Source of the DNA: a virus
Virus record (IMG/VR): IMGVR_UViG_3300024581_002845
Strand: one strand, 5' to 3'
DNA: 64,000 bases
Shown: piece after piece, positions 9,962 to 20,200 of the stretch
How positions within the stretch are numbered: the stretch's first letter is position 1
Layout: each line of letters opens with the position of its first letter
Notes under the pieces: model-generated
The model's input: the letters and a program-made list of their open reading frames with translations, nothing else
What the model was told of the DNA's origin: nothing
Databases searched by the model: none
Position numbers and translations under genes: made by a program

Positions 9962-11290
9962 CTATTCTAAACCAAATCTTGATTTAAAGGAGAGATAATT
10001 TTGTTTTACCTCATTGGCGGGTAGTACTCTATCGTACATTCTTGTTACGGGAATTTGACCATCAACCCTTCTTTTATTAGTTGAGTTACCCTGTCCAATG
10101 TACCTAACCCTTAATCCTGAGTACGCACTATTCCAAACATATGACACGTGATCACCACCTTCGGGTTCTCCATTTAGGTACATCTGATAAGAAGTACCAT
10201 CATCACTACATGTTAATACCGCATGATACCATGTTTCGGGTTGTATGATTGTTGAACCATATTTCCATACTCCGGGTGATCTATTCCATAACGCCAACTT
10301 ATTACTTAACACCGACCAATACCAACTATTATTTACAATACTATCAGAACCTATGAAATTACCCGGTGATATAACATTATCATACCCACCCGGTACATTC
10401 CTATATTTTACAATCGACTCTACCGTCCATCCTCCTGTATTTTTGAAAACAATATCAGAACCTAAATCAATATATGTACTTGACGCATTAAAATCAGGAT
10501 ATTGATCCGATGTCCATAATACATTTGAAGTATCTATAGATGTTGTATTTGCGTGGTCATTAAATGCCTCCGTTCTTGTAAGGGTTGGTGAGAATTTGGT
10601 TGGGTGGTCTTTTAGTTCTAATTGAACGTCAGCAATTTTTAGTATTGTGGGTGCGGAGTTGTTACCAACACTATGACCATACATATAGACATTCCCATTA
10701 GCATCATTTAAATTACGATTTGGGCTTACTGTGTATGTATTCCAAACCCTCTCCCATGTATGTGTTTTAGTGTTTGTGGGTGCCGATAGTCCATCATGAA
10801 AATTCCAATTATTATTGGCATCCCTACTATAAAAACCCGTGTACGCCGCTTTAGTTAAATTACTTGTCCATTGTAACCATGATATGGTATACTTATCCCC
10901 CGCAGACATACCTAAGTTTGCCCACGCACCCATACCGGCACCCCAACTCTTCGCCTTCCAATTACTATCGTAACAATTCATGACCGTAACAGGTTTACCT
11001 AACTCATCGTCGTATTGCCAATGGGCATGGTGTGTATTTTCCCAACTACCCACACCTGTATTAACATAACCTGTTATAGATGTTCCATCAGAATTAACCA
11101 CCTGAATGGCGTGTGGGTGGTTAAATTCCCAACTACCTGATGATGTGGCACTGTATGTGGTGTAAGTTTCTTGTTTAATTGCATTTTGATTCCAAATATA
11201 ATTCGTGGTTGGTTCACCACTAAAATGTAAACCTTCAGAATCGTATCCGAATATTAAACCTTCATTATTTAAACCCCCACCCACTTTCAT
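9962..11290 (-). CDS. LamG/ConA-like lectin domain virion protein
   Basis: WTVESIVK, WYHAVLT, MYLNGE, RMYDRVL..QNYLSFKSRFG. Confidence 0.8.
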   Translation of the reverse strand: MKVGGGLNNEGLIFGYDSEGLHFSGEPTTNYIWNQNAIKQETYTTYSATSSGSWEFNHPHAIQVVNSDGTSITGYVNTGVGSWENTHHAHWQYDDELGKPVTVMNCYDSNWKAKSWGAGMGAWANLGMSAGDKYTISWLQWTSNLTKAAYTGFYSRDANNNWNFHDGLSAPTNTKTHTWERVWNTYTVSPNRNLNDANGNVYMYGHSVGNNSAPTILKIADVQLELKDHPTKFSPTLTRTEAFNDHANTTSIDTSNVLWTSDQYPDFNASSTYIDLGSDIVFKNTGGWTVESIVKYRNVPGGYDNVISPGNFIGSDSIVNNSWYWSVLSNKLALWNRSPGVWKYGSTIIQPETWYHAVLTCSDDGTSYQMYLNGEPEGGDHVSYVWNSAYSGLRVRYIGQGNSTNKRRVDGQIPVTRMYDRVLPANEVKQNYLSFKSRFGLE

Positions 11291-12015
11291 TATAAACCAA
11301 ATCTACCTTTTGTTGCATTATAGTTTTGCAATACCTCTTCCTGAGATAAAACTTTACTGTATTTTCTAAATAGTGCAACTCTACCCTGATTAGCGTGACC
11401 CGTATTTCCCGACCAACCTTGACCATAAAAATAGAGTGTCATTAACCCCAAGGGAAGTCCTGAATTACCATATTGTGGGACACCTTCAGTTATGTTATGT
11501 GTAATTGAATTTGATGATGAACCACCATCACAGTAATATCCCATTTGAATATTATTTGCCCATAGGACTAATTGGTGCCACTGACCATCTATGATATTTG
11601 TAAATCCTATTGAGTTACTTTGAGTACCCGCAAGTAGTGTAAAGTCATTTGGATATATTGATATGTTATATTGTCCCGAACCATTCCACGGTTTTGAAAT
11701 AATCCTACCCGATCCATCGGTACCTTTAAACCATATTTCGAAACAAAGTATGTCGCTACCCACACTATTGTCGGGTGTCCACGCATTATCGTTATTTGGA
11801 CCACTAATAGTCACATAATCGTTACTACCATCAAAGTCAAACAAACCACCATTATCTGTTGAGAATGTGGGTTCGTTTGTTAGGGTTCCATGACGACCGT
11901 TACCACTTCTATCGGTCCATTGTGTTCCACTACCCGAATACGATATCTCAGATGAACCGTCAAGGTTAACCTCTAAGTGATCTGTAACAATATGTGACCC
12001 AACACTAATACCCAT
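11290..12015 (-). CDS. LamG/ConA-like lectin domain protein
   Basis: WTDRSGNG, FDFDGSNDY, WHQLV, KYSKVLSQEEVLQNYNATKGRFGL. Confidence 0.85.
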   Translation of the reverse strand: MGISVGSHIVTDHLEVNLDGSSEISYSGSGTQWTDRSGNGRHGTLTNEPTFSTDNGGLFDFDGSNDYVTISGPNNDNAWTPDNSVGSDILCFEIWFKGTDGSGRIISKPWNGSGQYNISIYPNDFTLLAGTQSNSIGFTNIIDGQWHQLVLWANNIQMGYYCDGGSSSNSITHNITEGVPQYGNSGLPLGLMTLYFYGQGWSGNTGHANQGRVALFRKYSKVLSQEEVLQNYNATKGRFGL

Positions 12016-12131
12016 TATAAATTACTTTCAGCATCATCCAATGAATAGTATATACCAATTAAGTTCGCATTTTCCAATACAAACCAACATTGTAAACCAT
12101 CTTTATCTAAACCTTCTTCTATGGTTCTCAT
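12015..12131 (-). CDS. 38-aa micro-ORF MRTIEEGLDKDGLQCWFVLENANLIGIYYSLDDAESNL
   Basis: ATGA overlap upstream and TAATG overlap downstream; exactly fills the gap. Confidence 0.65.
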   Translation of the reverse strand: MRTIEEGLDKDGLQCWFVLENANLIGIYYSLDDAESNL

Positions 12132-12802
12132 AATCCAAATCTTGATTTCTGTGCATTATAGTTTTGTAGGACTTGATCTGATGTGAGTGGTGAATTATAA
12201 ACTTTAATCACTGATATACCACCTGAAAACTGTCTACCATCACCTTCCCAACCAATATTGAGATCTTGGTAATAGGAACCCGAACTCGCTGAGGTCGCAA
12301 CAGTGTTTTCTAAAACACCATTTATATATTGATATAGGTTACCATCTGATGAATTCCAAACACTCACTAAATGGTGCCACCTATTTCGATCCATCTGTGT
12401 TGATGGTTCGTGGTACCCATTTGGACTTGCGGAGTACCAATAATTACTCAATCTTCTATTCGATTTATTCCAACTTAGGTATATAAATCCCTGTATAACA
12501 CATCCTCTATCTCCTGAAGACACCTCATCTTGTGGGTATATCCATGCCTCTAAGGTTGCATCGTTAGTTGTAACATTATTATCTGTATTGGCGTTAAATC
12601 TTTTACCTACCGCATCTAATATGAAGCATTTTGCACCACCTAATTCACCGTGTGTGGGTGATCCGTATATATCCGCATTATGCCCGTTACCACTTAAATC
12701 ATACCAAATATCTCCACTACCTGAATATGATCTTGGAGACGCAGCATCCAAAATTAAGTTTGCCTGTACTTTACTTGTATTTGCTCCCCTGAATATTCCC
12801 AT
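12128..12802 (-). CDS. LamG/ConA-like lectin domain protein
   Basis: WYDLSGNG, TLEAWIYP, WHHLVSVW, YINGV, VYNSPLTSDQVLQNYNAQKSRFGL. Confidence 0.85.
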   Translation of the reverse strand: MGIFRGANTSKVQANLILDAASPRSYSGSGDIWYDLSGNGHNADIYGSPTHGELGGAKCFILDAVGKRFNANTDNNVTTNDATLEAWIYPQDEVSSGDRGCVIQGFIYLSWNKSNRRLSNYWYSASPNGYHEPSTQMDRNRWHHLVSVWNSSDGNLYQYINGVLENTVATSASSGSYYQDLNIGWEGDGRQFSGGISVIKVYNSPLTSDQVLQNYNAQKSRFGL

Positions 12803-12805
12803 ATC

Positions 12806-12813
12806 TATAAATA
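12806..12813 (-). promoter_or_regulatory. Class II motif TATTTATA (candidate late promoter)
   Basis: 3 nt upstream of the ATG at 12802. Confidence 0.55.
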
Positions 12814-12822
12814 TTCAATCTA

Positions 12823-13470
12823 CTACTTTGGGGAACCAAATTCGTAAATACCTAAATGACCAATTTCATGTGTTAAAGTGGTGTCTATATAAACCTTACA
12901 ACCCTTATTCCTAAGTTTCTCTAATAACCTAAAATCCTCACCTAACCAATTACCGTCATTTTCATTATACGTAAATTCAAAATAAGGTTTCTTGATTTTA
13001 TTAAAAATATTAGTTTTCATTAGGATACACCCCATACCAACACCTTCAACTTGTATCAATCCTTCGTCAATATCAAGTGGTAACCAACTATTCCAATCAT
13101 ACAGTTTCTTATATGCAACAGGTGTTTGTGGTTTTGATCTTTTCTTGTAGTTACAACCAACAATTTCTTCACCATGTGACAATAATCTAAGTGCGGTGGT
13201 TGATGGGAATGTCATATCACTATCTAACCATAAGATATAGTCTGAATCAACCTCTAAGGATGATTTTACAAGTTGTTCTCTTTGATTAAGAAGGATTGTA
13301 TTAGAATTAAAGAATAAATATGTTTCAATACCCGCATTTTCAGTGGTTTTTATAAGTTGTGATAGTGCAAAGGCAAAACCACTATGTACGGTGTCTCTTG
13401 TAGGTACAACAATGGATAGTTTTATGGGTTGGTTCAACCATATTGATGAATTATTCTTGGATTTTATCAT
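12823..13470 (-). CDS. GT2-like glycosyltransferase
   Basis: IVVPTR, QRE, YILWLDSDM, GVGMGCIL, GEDF..GH. Confidence 0.8.
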   Translation of the reverse strand: MIKSKNNSSIWLNQPIKLSIVVPTRDTVHSGFAFALSQLIKTTENAGIETYLFFNSNTILLNQREQLVKSSLEVDSDYILWLDSDMTFPSTTALRLLSHGEEIVGCNYKKRSKPQTPVAYKKLYDWNSWLPLDIDEGLIQVEGVGMGCILMKTNIFNKIKKPYFEFTYNENDGNWLGEDFRLLEKLRNKGCKVYIDTTLTHEIGHLGIYEFGSPK

Positions 13471-13909
13471 TTGGTATGTTTTCTCCGATTATGTCATCCT
13501 GTATGGTTACCCTCTGACCGATTTTTATTAGTTCTTGTATCCTCTTACTCACCAAATCATAGTCAGTTTTAGGTAAATTACTTATTTGATGGTAAGTGTT
13601 GGGGTTAAATGATCCTGTGGTGAGTATTTCAACCGACCCAAGACGAGATAATCTCTCTATATGTGCTAATCGTGAGGTGTAGTCGTCATTATTTATTAGG
13701 TTAAAGACTTTTGATCTACCATAATGATCTATAATACCATTTAGAACCTCTAATTCTTCTTTATAAGACTTAAATACCTTCGATAGTATCGTGATAAGAT
13801 TATATCTAAAGATGAATCTCTTTAGTTTGACTCTATCGTAATGAATCCCTTCCCATTTTAGGTAGGTGAGTTCATATTTGGATTGTTTGTTGTTGAATCT
13901 TATTCTCAT
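13451..13909 (-). CDS. Hypothetical protein, 152 aa
   Basis: ORF track; TATTTATA motif upstream at 13926-13933. Confidence 0.6.
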   Translation of the reverse strand: MRIRFNNKQSKYELTYLKWEGIHYDRVKLKRFIFRYNLITILSKVFKSYKEELEVLNGIIDHYGRSKVFNLINNDDYTSRLAHIERLSRLGSVEILTTGSFNPNTYHQISNLPKTDYDLVSKRIQELIKIGQRVTIQDDIIGENIPNDKIQE

Positions 13910-13968
13910 TATAAGTTATTTGACTTATAAATAAGAATATAAGGAATTTAACTTATATTATAAAGGTA

Positions 13969-14208
13969 TTAGTATGTATTAGGTGTGTTTAACCCCCCGA
14001 AATCACCCGACTCTTCTGTTGATGATCCTGATGGGATTGTTGGTGCGGTTATAGAAGTTCCTATGGTACCTAAATTCCTATTTATACCTAAAGTACCATT
14101 AAGTTTGATATTAGAACCAGCCGGTGGTGGGTACGCACCTGTAAGACCGAGAGCTCTCGATATTCTCCCCATACTTACTTCAGATCCTGTTGCCGGTATT
14201 TGTCCCAT
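13969..14208 (-). CDS. Small Gly-rich protein (possible fibre-associated)
   Basis: MGQIPATGSEVSMGRI; TAATG coupling. Confidence 0.6.
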   Translation of the reverse strand: MGQIPATGSEVSMGRISRALGLTGAYPPPAGSNIKLNGTLGINRNLGTIGTSITAPTIPSGSSTEESGDFGGLNTPNTY

Positions 14209-14312
14209 TATTCTATATCTTCTTCTGTTATAATTACATCACCATTACTAAACTCAGTGGTGATCATTCTTATACCATCAATTATTTCTTCGTATTCGTT
14301 TACAATTTCCAT
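14208..14312 (-). CDS. 34-aa acidic micro-ORF MEIVNEYEEIIDGIRMITTEFSNGDVIITEEDIE
   Basis: Starts 2 nt after the upstream TGA; TAATG overlap with the next gene. Confidence 0.6.
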   Translation of the reverse strand: MEIVNEYEEIIDGIRMITTEFSNGDVIITEEDIE

Positions 14313-14314
14313 AA

Positions 14315-15181
14315 TCAAATATTATTATATTCTCTTCCATCGGTAGATTTACCAAAGAAAATCCTACTTAAACCCCAAACATGATCTTGAGGGGATTCTG
14401 TCCTTCTATTATAATTCCTTAGAATTAAAAATCTAACATATTTTGTCCCATACCTAAACGGTGTACTACTGTTTCTATTCTCACCTGTGAATAACCCTGT
14501 CGAATATCTTGTCCATGTTGTTGGGTACGTTGGTGCACCTAAAGCATAATTATATGATCCTCCCGCACGACCATTTGTTACCGGAGTACCGGCAGGTAAT
14601 GAATATCCCCAATTAGGTAATGTCCCATCTAACGTAACACTATATTCACCACCACCAATATTAGTAACCCCGTCAAATTGATAGTAATCTAAAAATCTTG
14701 AATACCCCTTATCAATTGTGTAGTCGGGGTGTGATGATGGAAAAAAAGTTATTCCTCTTTGGTGGGACGCTGTACTATTTGAGAATCCCGAACCATCAGC
14801 CACATATACCACAGAATCTCCCGGTGATGCGGTTCTCGTTAGAGTTGTTTGTCCAATACCTTTTAAATATCTTAAATCAATAAAAGAATCGTTTTTATCA
14901 TAACAAGCAAACCCAATATGTCCACCCGCATTATTACCTGAACTACCCGGACTAAATGTTTTAGCGTAAACAATCAGTTTATAATTGGCGGATGTGTCAA
15001 CCTCAATTCGAGAACCTACCCATCCACTACCTCCACCACCGGTGATTTGTATGTATGGGTCGTTTCCGTTGGGTCCTCCTGTTGGTTGGTATGAACCTAA
15101 ACTCCATTCATTTGCATTACCTTTCCTAAAATCCCCATTTGTCCATAATCCGAAATTATCAGGTCCACCTATCGTACTCAT
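14315..15181 (-). CDS. Putative virion protein with carbohydrate-binding-like beta domain
   Basis: G/S/T/aromatic-rich; LWTNGDF..W N-terminus; operonic position. Confidence 0.5.
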   Translation of the reverse strand: MSTIGGPDNFGLWTNGDFRKGNANEWSLGSYQPTGGPNGNDPYIQITGGGGSGWVGSRIEVDTSANYKLIVYAKTFSPGSSGNNAGGHIGFACYDKNDSFIDLRYLKGIGQTTLTRTASPGDSVVYVADGSGFSNSTASHQRGITFFPSSHPDYTIDKGYSRFLDYYQFDGVTNIGGGEYSVTLDGTLPNWGYSLPAGTPVTNGRAGGSYNYALGAPTYPTTWTRYSTGLFTGENRNSSTPFRYGTKYVRFLILRNYNRRTESPQDHVWGLSRIFFGKSTDGREYNNI

Positions 15182-16410
15182 TATATATTAAATCTATTTT
15201 TATATGCTCTGAAGTTTTTCTTTACCTCAGTTGCACTTAATGCTTTATTATAAACCTTAAAAACAGGTATTTCACCAATCCACTCATAAGAACTTACGTT
15301 CCTCGCGCCGACATCAATATTACCATTAATATTAAATGCGGTGTAATTTTTAGTGTGTACTTGTTTTCCATTATCATAGACCCTACAGGTACTACCATCC
15401 ATGACAATGGTTTGATGATGATAATTCGTATCCTCTGCGTTGCCGTGTGACCACCCTTTATTTTGACAACCAAAATTACTTCTATTCGAAGTCACCAAAG
15501 AAGAATATAATCTTTGATTACTTCCGTTACCTTTGGTGTCTAACCACATCATGGCCTTTGAAGTAGAATCTGCCTTTACTATTGCTTCTATTGTAAATGG
15601 GGTTGTGGATGATCTACCCCCAAATATTCCTGTACTTATATAACTGTTCGTTCCATTGAAGTAGGGTAACCCATTACTATCATAAGTTAGGTTAGATACA
15701 TCTATCGTATGTGTTTTCGCTAAATCCAATAACACACCTGTACCACCTCTTGAACTATCAGTAAATGGACTTGGTACATTTGATTGTTCCATTTTAAAGT
15801 TATCCATTAGAACATCATAATCACCCATGTTATTACCGTTGTGTCCGCCTGTGAATAGGTTAATCCTTAACATGTTGTAACCTGTATAAGTTGCTTGGTA
15901 GGTAATACTGAATCTTTTCCATTTACCTCTACCCGGTACATTAACCGTAGTAGATGTTATGTTCGTAGCGTAGGTACTACTATCAGGACTTTTATAACCG
16001 TTACCATAGATCGAAACCCCCTCATTAAAAGTATCATCGTTACCTTTTAAGATTAGATAATCAAATGAGTATGAATAATAAGTACCTGATGTGTTTTGGA
16101 CACTGAATTGTTGGTTTATCATGTGATAACCCGTATTATTTGTTGATTGGAATCTTACTGTGTGGGGTCTTTTGGGTGAGTAATAATAATTTGGTGTTAC
16201 TGTAGTTGCATTCCCCGCATGGGAACCTCTATAAAGAATATCACTAACACCATTAGCACGATCAGAACCCCCACTAATCAAATTGGTTGTTTCTTTACCT
16301 CTAAAGAACCTCCTTTTCTTTAGTGAGTGGTTGAATGTTGATGATGGGTTTGTTCCCATATCATAACCCCATTCGAGTTCGTTTTTAATGATATTAGGTC
16401 CTGAAAACAT
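15181..16410 (-). CDS. LamG domain protein with upstream carbohydrate-binding-like module
   Basis: YFNGTNSYI, FTIEAIVK, VYDNGK, VYNKALSATEVKKNF..RFNI. Confidence 0.8.
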   Translation of the reverse strand: MFSGPNIIKNELEWGYDMGTNPSSTFNHSLKKRRFFRGKETTNLISGGSDRANGVSDILYRGSHAGNATTVTPNYYYSPKRPHTVRFQSTNNTGYHMINQQFSVQNTSGTYYSYSFDYLILKGNDDTFNEGVSIYGNGYKSPDSSTYATNITSTTVNVPGRGKWKRFSITYQATYTGYNMLRINLFTGGHNGNNMGDYDVLMDNFKMEQSNVPSPFTDSSRGGTGVLLDLAKTHTIDVSNLTYDSNGLPYFNGTNSYISTGIFGGRSSTTPFTIEAIVKADSTSKAMMWLDTKGNGSNQRLYSSLVTSNRSNFGCQNKGWSHGNAEDTNYHHQTIVMDGSTCRVYDNGKQVHTKNYTAFNINGNIDVGARNVSSYEWIGEIPVFKVYNKALSATEVKKNFRAYKNRFNI

Positions 16411-16414
16411 ATTA

Positions 16415-16627
16415 TTACCATTTATTTTCGGGACATGATCTATCCCTTAATAAGATTATGGTCTCACTTATACACCCACATTGAGAACAACTACCATTGT
16501 CAAAAAACTCACACGTTCCACAGATAGATAATCTTTGATCCTTTTCTTCTTGGGTACAGTAATCACTTTCTTCGTTGGTTGTGATATTATAAGTTATTCC
16601 GTTTTCTATGTATGTTTCTGTTCTCAT
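16415..16627 (-). CDS. Small Cys-rich DUF6171-like protein
   Basis: RLSICGTCEF..CSQCGC..CPENKW. Confidence 0.6.
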   Translation of the reverse strand: MRTETYIENGITYNITTNEESDYCTQEEKDQRLSICGTCEFFDNGSCSQCGCISETIILLRDRSCPENKW

Positions 16628-16628
16628 A

Positions 16629-17201
16629 TTATTCGTACCAAATATTAATATCCATTATTTTTACATTATGACCTGTACCACTTCCTTGACATGCGGTTGA
16701 ATGGTAAATACCCGCAAGGGATCCACTATCATTTCTCCTTCTTCTCATTATAAACATTTTGGGGTCACCTACATGGTAACTACCATGGTAAAAGTTATTA
16801 CTATTATTATCACAGGCAAATGTTCTACCATGTGATTGGAATTGTGCGTATCCCCAAGAATTAATCGATCTTTCTTCAGAAAAGAAATCATTTTGTGCAG
16901 GATCGTAAGACACTAAGTTGCCGTCATACGGTCCGGGTCCCCAACCACTTCCATCGTTAAAAGACCAACATGATGCATATCCATTAATTATAAATCTACA
17001 TGATATTCTATTCCATTGAATACCATCCTTCAATTCTATATAAACACCTGAACTGTCACAACCCGCAACCGTCTTATACCCCTCAAATACATAGTAACCA
17101 TCCACATCACCCGAAACGGTTTGTTGTGTGTTATGTAGGGTTACTGAATTCACCATCGATGCAGTAACTTTTGTTGTTTTAGGACCTCTTTTAAAACCCA
17201 T
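16629..17201 (-). CDS. Hypothetical protein, probably virion-associated
   Basis: MGFKRGPK start resembles the LamG paralog starts; TAATG coupling. Confidence 0.6.
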   Translation of the reverse strand: MGFKRGPKTTKVTASMVNSVTLHNTQQTVSGDVDGYYVFEGYKTVAGCDSSGVYIELKDGIQWNRISCRFIINGYASCWSFNDGSGWGPGPYDGNLVSYDPAQNDFFSEERSINSWGYAQFQSHGRTFACDNNSNNFYHGSYHVGDPKMFIMRRRRNDSGSLAGIYHSTACQGSGTGHNVKIMDINIWYE

Positions 17202-20200
17202 TACTTATTTTTTAGTTTTTTCTCTAACTCCTCAACCTTCTCAATTAATTCCTTATTCGATTGGATAAGTAGTGCTGTTAGTTTTTCATACCTAACCGCT
17301 TTATAACCATTAGATCTTGTTGTTACCACCTCAGGAAGTATTTTCTCAACTTCTTGCGCAATTACCCCAATATCGTGTCCCTCATTTTTACTTGATGAAT
17401 TCCAATCGAATTCGTAACCACTAATCATTCTAATCTTATCGATTGCATTTTCAATTGGTTTAACATTATCCTTCAACCTTTCATCAGATGAATAGTATGC
17501 TATTACATCACCCGTCACATGTAAAGTATCATCAATGGTGACAGTACCTGATGCATTAACTGTTAATATTGGAATACCTGAAATATCAGATACTTCGAAT
17601 AGGTCACCCGATAAGTCATCAGTAATTGAAAACAGTTGTCCTTGTGTACCTTGAACGTCAAATACTGTTGAACCTGAAGTCGATCCGTGTACCTCTAAAG
17701 GTATTGCGTTTGATGGAGCACCCACACTAAGATAAGATTGGACATACAGTCCATCTGTTGGTGCTGCCACCGCATCTAATGAACTACCTATTGTTGTACC
17801 ACCATCGATATGTAATTTCTTGCCTGATACGGATGAACCACCTCCACCAATAGCAAATGTACCTGTGGCTCCCCAATGCCAAATATAATCCGACCCCGCA
17901 GATGCACTATCATCGAAACCTATTCCCGTCCAACTATCGGCCGATTGTAATAGTATTTGTGCGTCAGCCGTAGAATTTACTGTCCAAACACCATTTGATT
18001 TACCACCGGTGAATGTACCATAACCTGCGGTAGATATACTCCAATTATTACCTGAAATTTGATTACCTCTAACGTAAATGTTATCTCCTGAGGAATCTCC
18101 TAAATATGTGTTATTACCATATAGGTAGGTATTTGAGTTATTGGTATAGAAATCTTGGTTAATTCTAACTCTCGAACCTGAGTCGTTATAGAAATATCCA
18201 CCACCACCTCCGACATAAACAGCACCTCCCGCACGAACATCACCTCGTGTATATAAATGACCTGTATCCGCGGTTATTTGTGCTAATGCAACTTCATTCG
18301 CATTTTCCCAAAGGAATCCTATTTGTGTTGCACTTTCATTAACTCTAAATCTTATAGCATGTTCAGTACGTCCGTCCAAACCACTTGCGGCTGTTCCATC
18401 TGCCAAAGATTTATTAGCCCCGGCTGTGGACATATATATACCCCAATTCGAATCGGTATCATCCCACATGAAGATACCCCTTGCACTTGTACCGTCTGTT
18501 TGGTTTTGTATTGTGATTTTATTACCTCCTGTTAGAGTATTTGTACTCGTTAGTCCCGCAAACCTACCATCGAGATCTCTCGTCCCCACCGCAGTTACGT
18601 GACCATTAGAGTCTACGGTAATGTCTTCAATAACTACCCCGTTATTCGCACCACCATATTGACCACTTAATGTGGATGTGTCTGCGTGTGATGTCCAATA
18701 ACCCTCTGCGCCATGGTCACCCCATCCGTATGCGGTATTCCATTGTGATGAATTACCATGGCTTGTTGTTGTTATTGTACCATCAGTCCATATACCACTA
18801 CCTAATGCGGTGTGTGTGACACCATTCATCATCAATAATAATTGGTGATTCAATCCATTTTTTGATTGTGTGTTTGAACCTACATATCCATAATCGGGGT
18901 TATAAGACCATGCAAGTCCATATAAATTACCTCCGTTACCCGACGAATCTCCATCTGCTGGAAGGTTATACGATGTACCCATGGACCAAACGTGTTGGTA
19001 TTTAGACGCACTGTATGTACCATACACACCATGACCATAGTTAGAAGCAACAAATGCCTTCTGAGTACTCATTGTTATTGTTGCCGTTAGGCTATCAGCC
19101 GCATCACTTCTAAGAAACTGAGAACTATCCAACCCATCTAACTTATTTGAATTAGGTGATTGTGTAGTTTGAATATCAGGTGTCTTCAAATAAACACTAT
19201 TATTACCTATACTTGTCCAATTAAGTACTACTAAACTAACATACCCATCTACCGGAGCGGTATACTCTCTAACGTGGGTAGTCCATGTTGTTGCAATGGC
19301 ATCATTTTCATACCAACCTGTATCTCCCCTATCATCTTCTTGTACATATACACCACCAGCATCATTAGAAACGTGTGTCTTACCATCAGGTAGGTTACCG
19401 TCGTGTTGGTATATTCTGAGATATAATCCCGCAGTACCTGCCGATGATCCTTTAACCATTACAGTAAACCTAATGGTTTCTCCCGCTTCTACTCTACGTG
19501 CCTTGTAAACCGCACCTGTGGCGGTATCTGAACTACTTTGTAATTCTAACGCGTCTTCAGTTCTATTCCATCTAACAGAACTATCGTCACTATTACTATA
19601 CCCGGGTACCCATCCCCTGAGGTGGGCTAAAGTTTCGTTAAGTGTTGTATTTTGGGTATCGATTTCAGTCTCTGTATAATACCTACTATCATGGTTGTGA
19701 GACGCCGCCGCGTAAAGTCCGGCATGATTACCCCAACCATATGCGGTATTCCATTCATCGGAATTACCCCCACCAACATAAATTGCCCCTGTATTTCCCG
19801 GAACACCCTGTGCGGTGTATTCACCAAAATGGAAATCACCTGTATAATCCATCCAAATAGATCGAGAAACCCTATTTCTCCAATGGAAATTAATATTTGG
19901 TGAATATGTATCAGACGTATCTCCACTCCCTATTGAATCCCTCTCAAGAACACTTATTGGGGAGTTTTCCCAATCCTCGTTCAAGGTTCGCGCCGTTTCA
20001 AAAGTGACCATGTCACCAAAAGAACTATGAGTGTGTGATGATAATGAAAATCTACCATCAATATCAACACTATACGTGTCACCGTCATTTCTTGTGAAAG
20101 TAATGATACCGTTGCCTGTGTTGAATGTTGCTCCTGTGGTGTATTCGTTATTATATGTGGTTAAATAACCCGCTTGTGAGTGATCACCCCAACCAACGGC

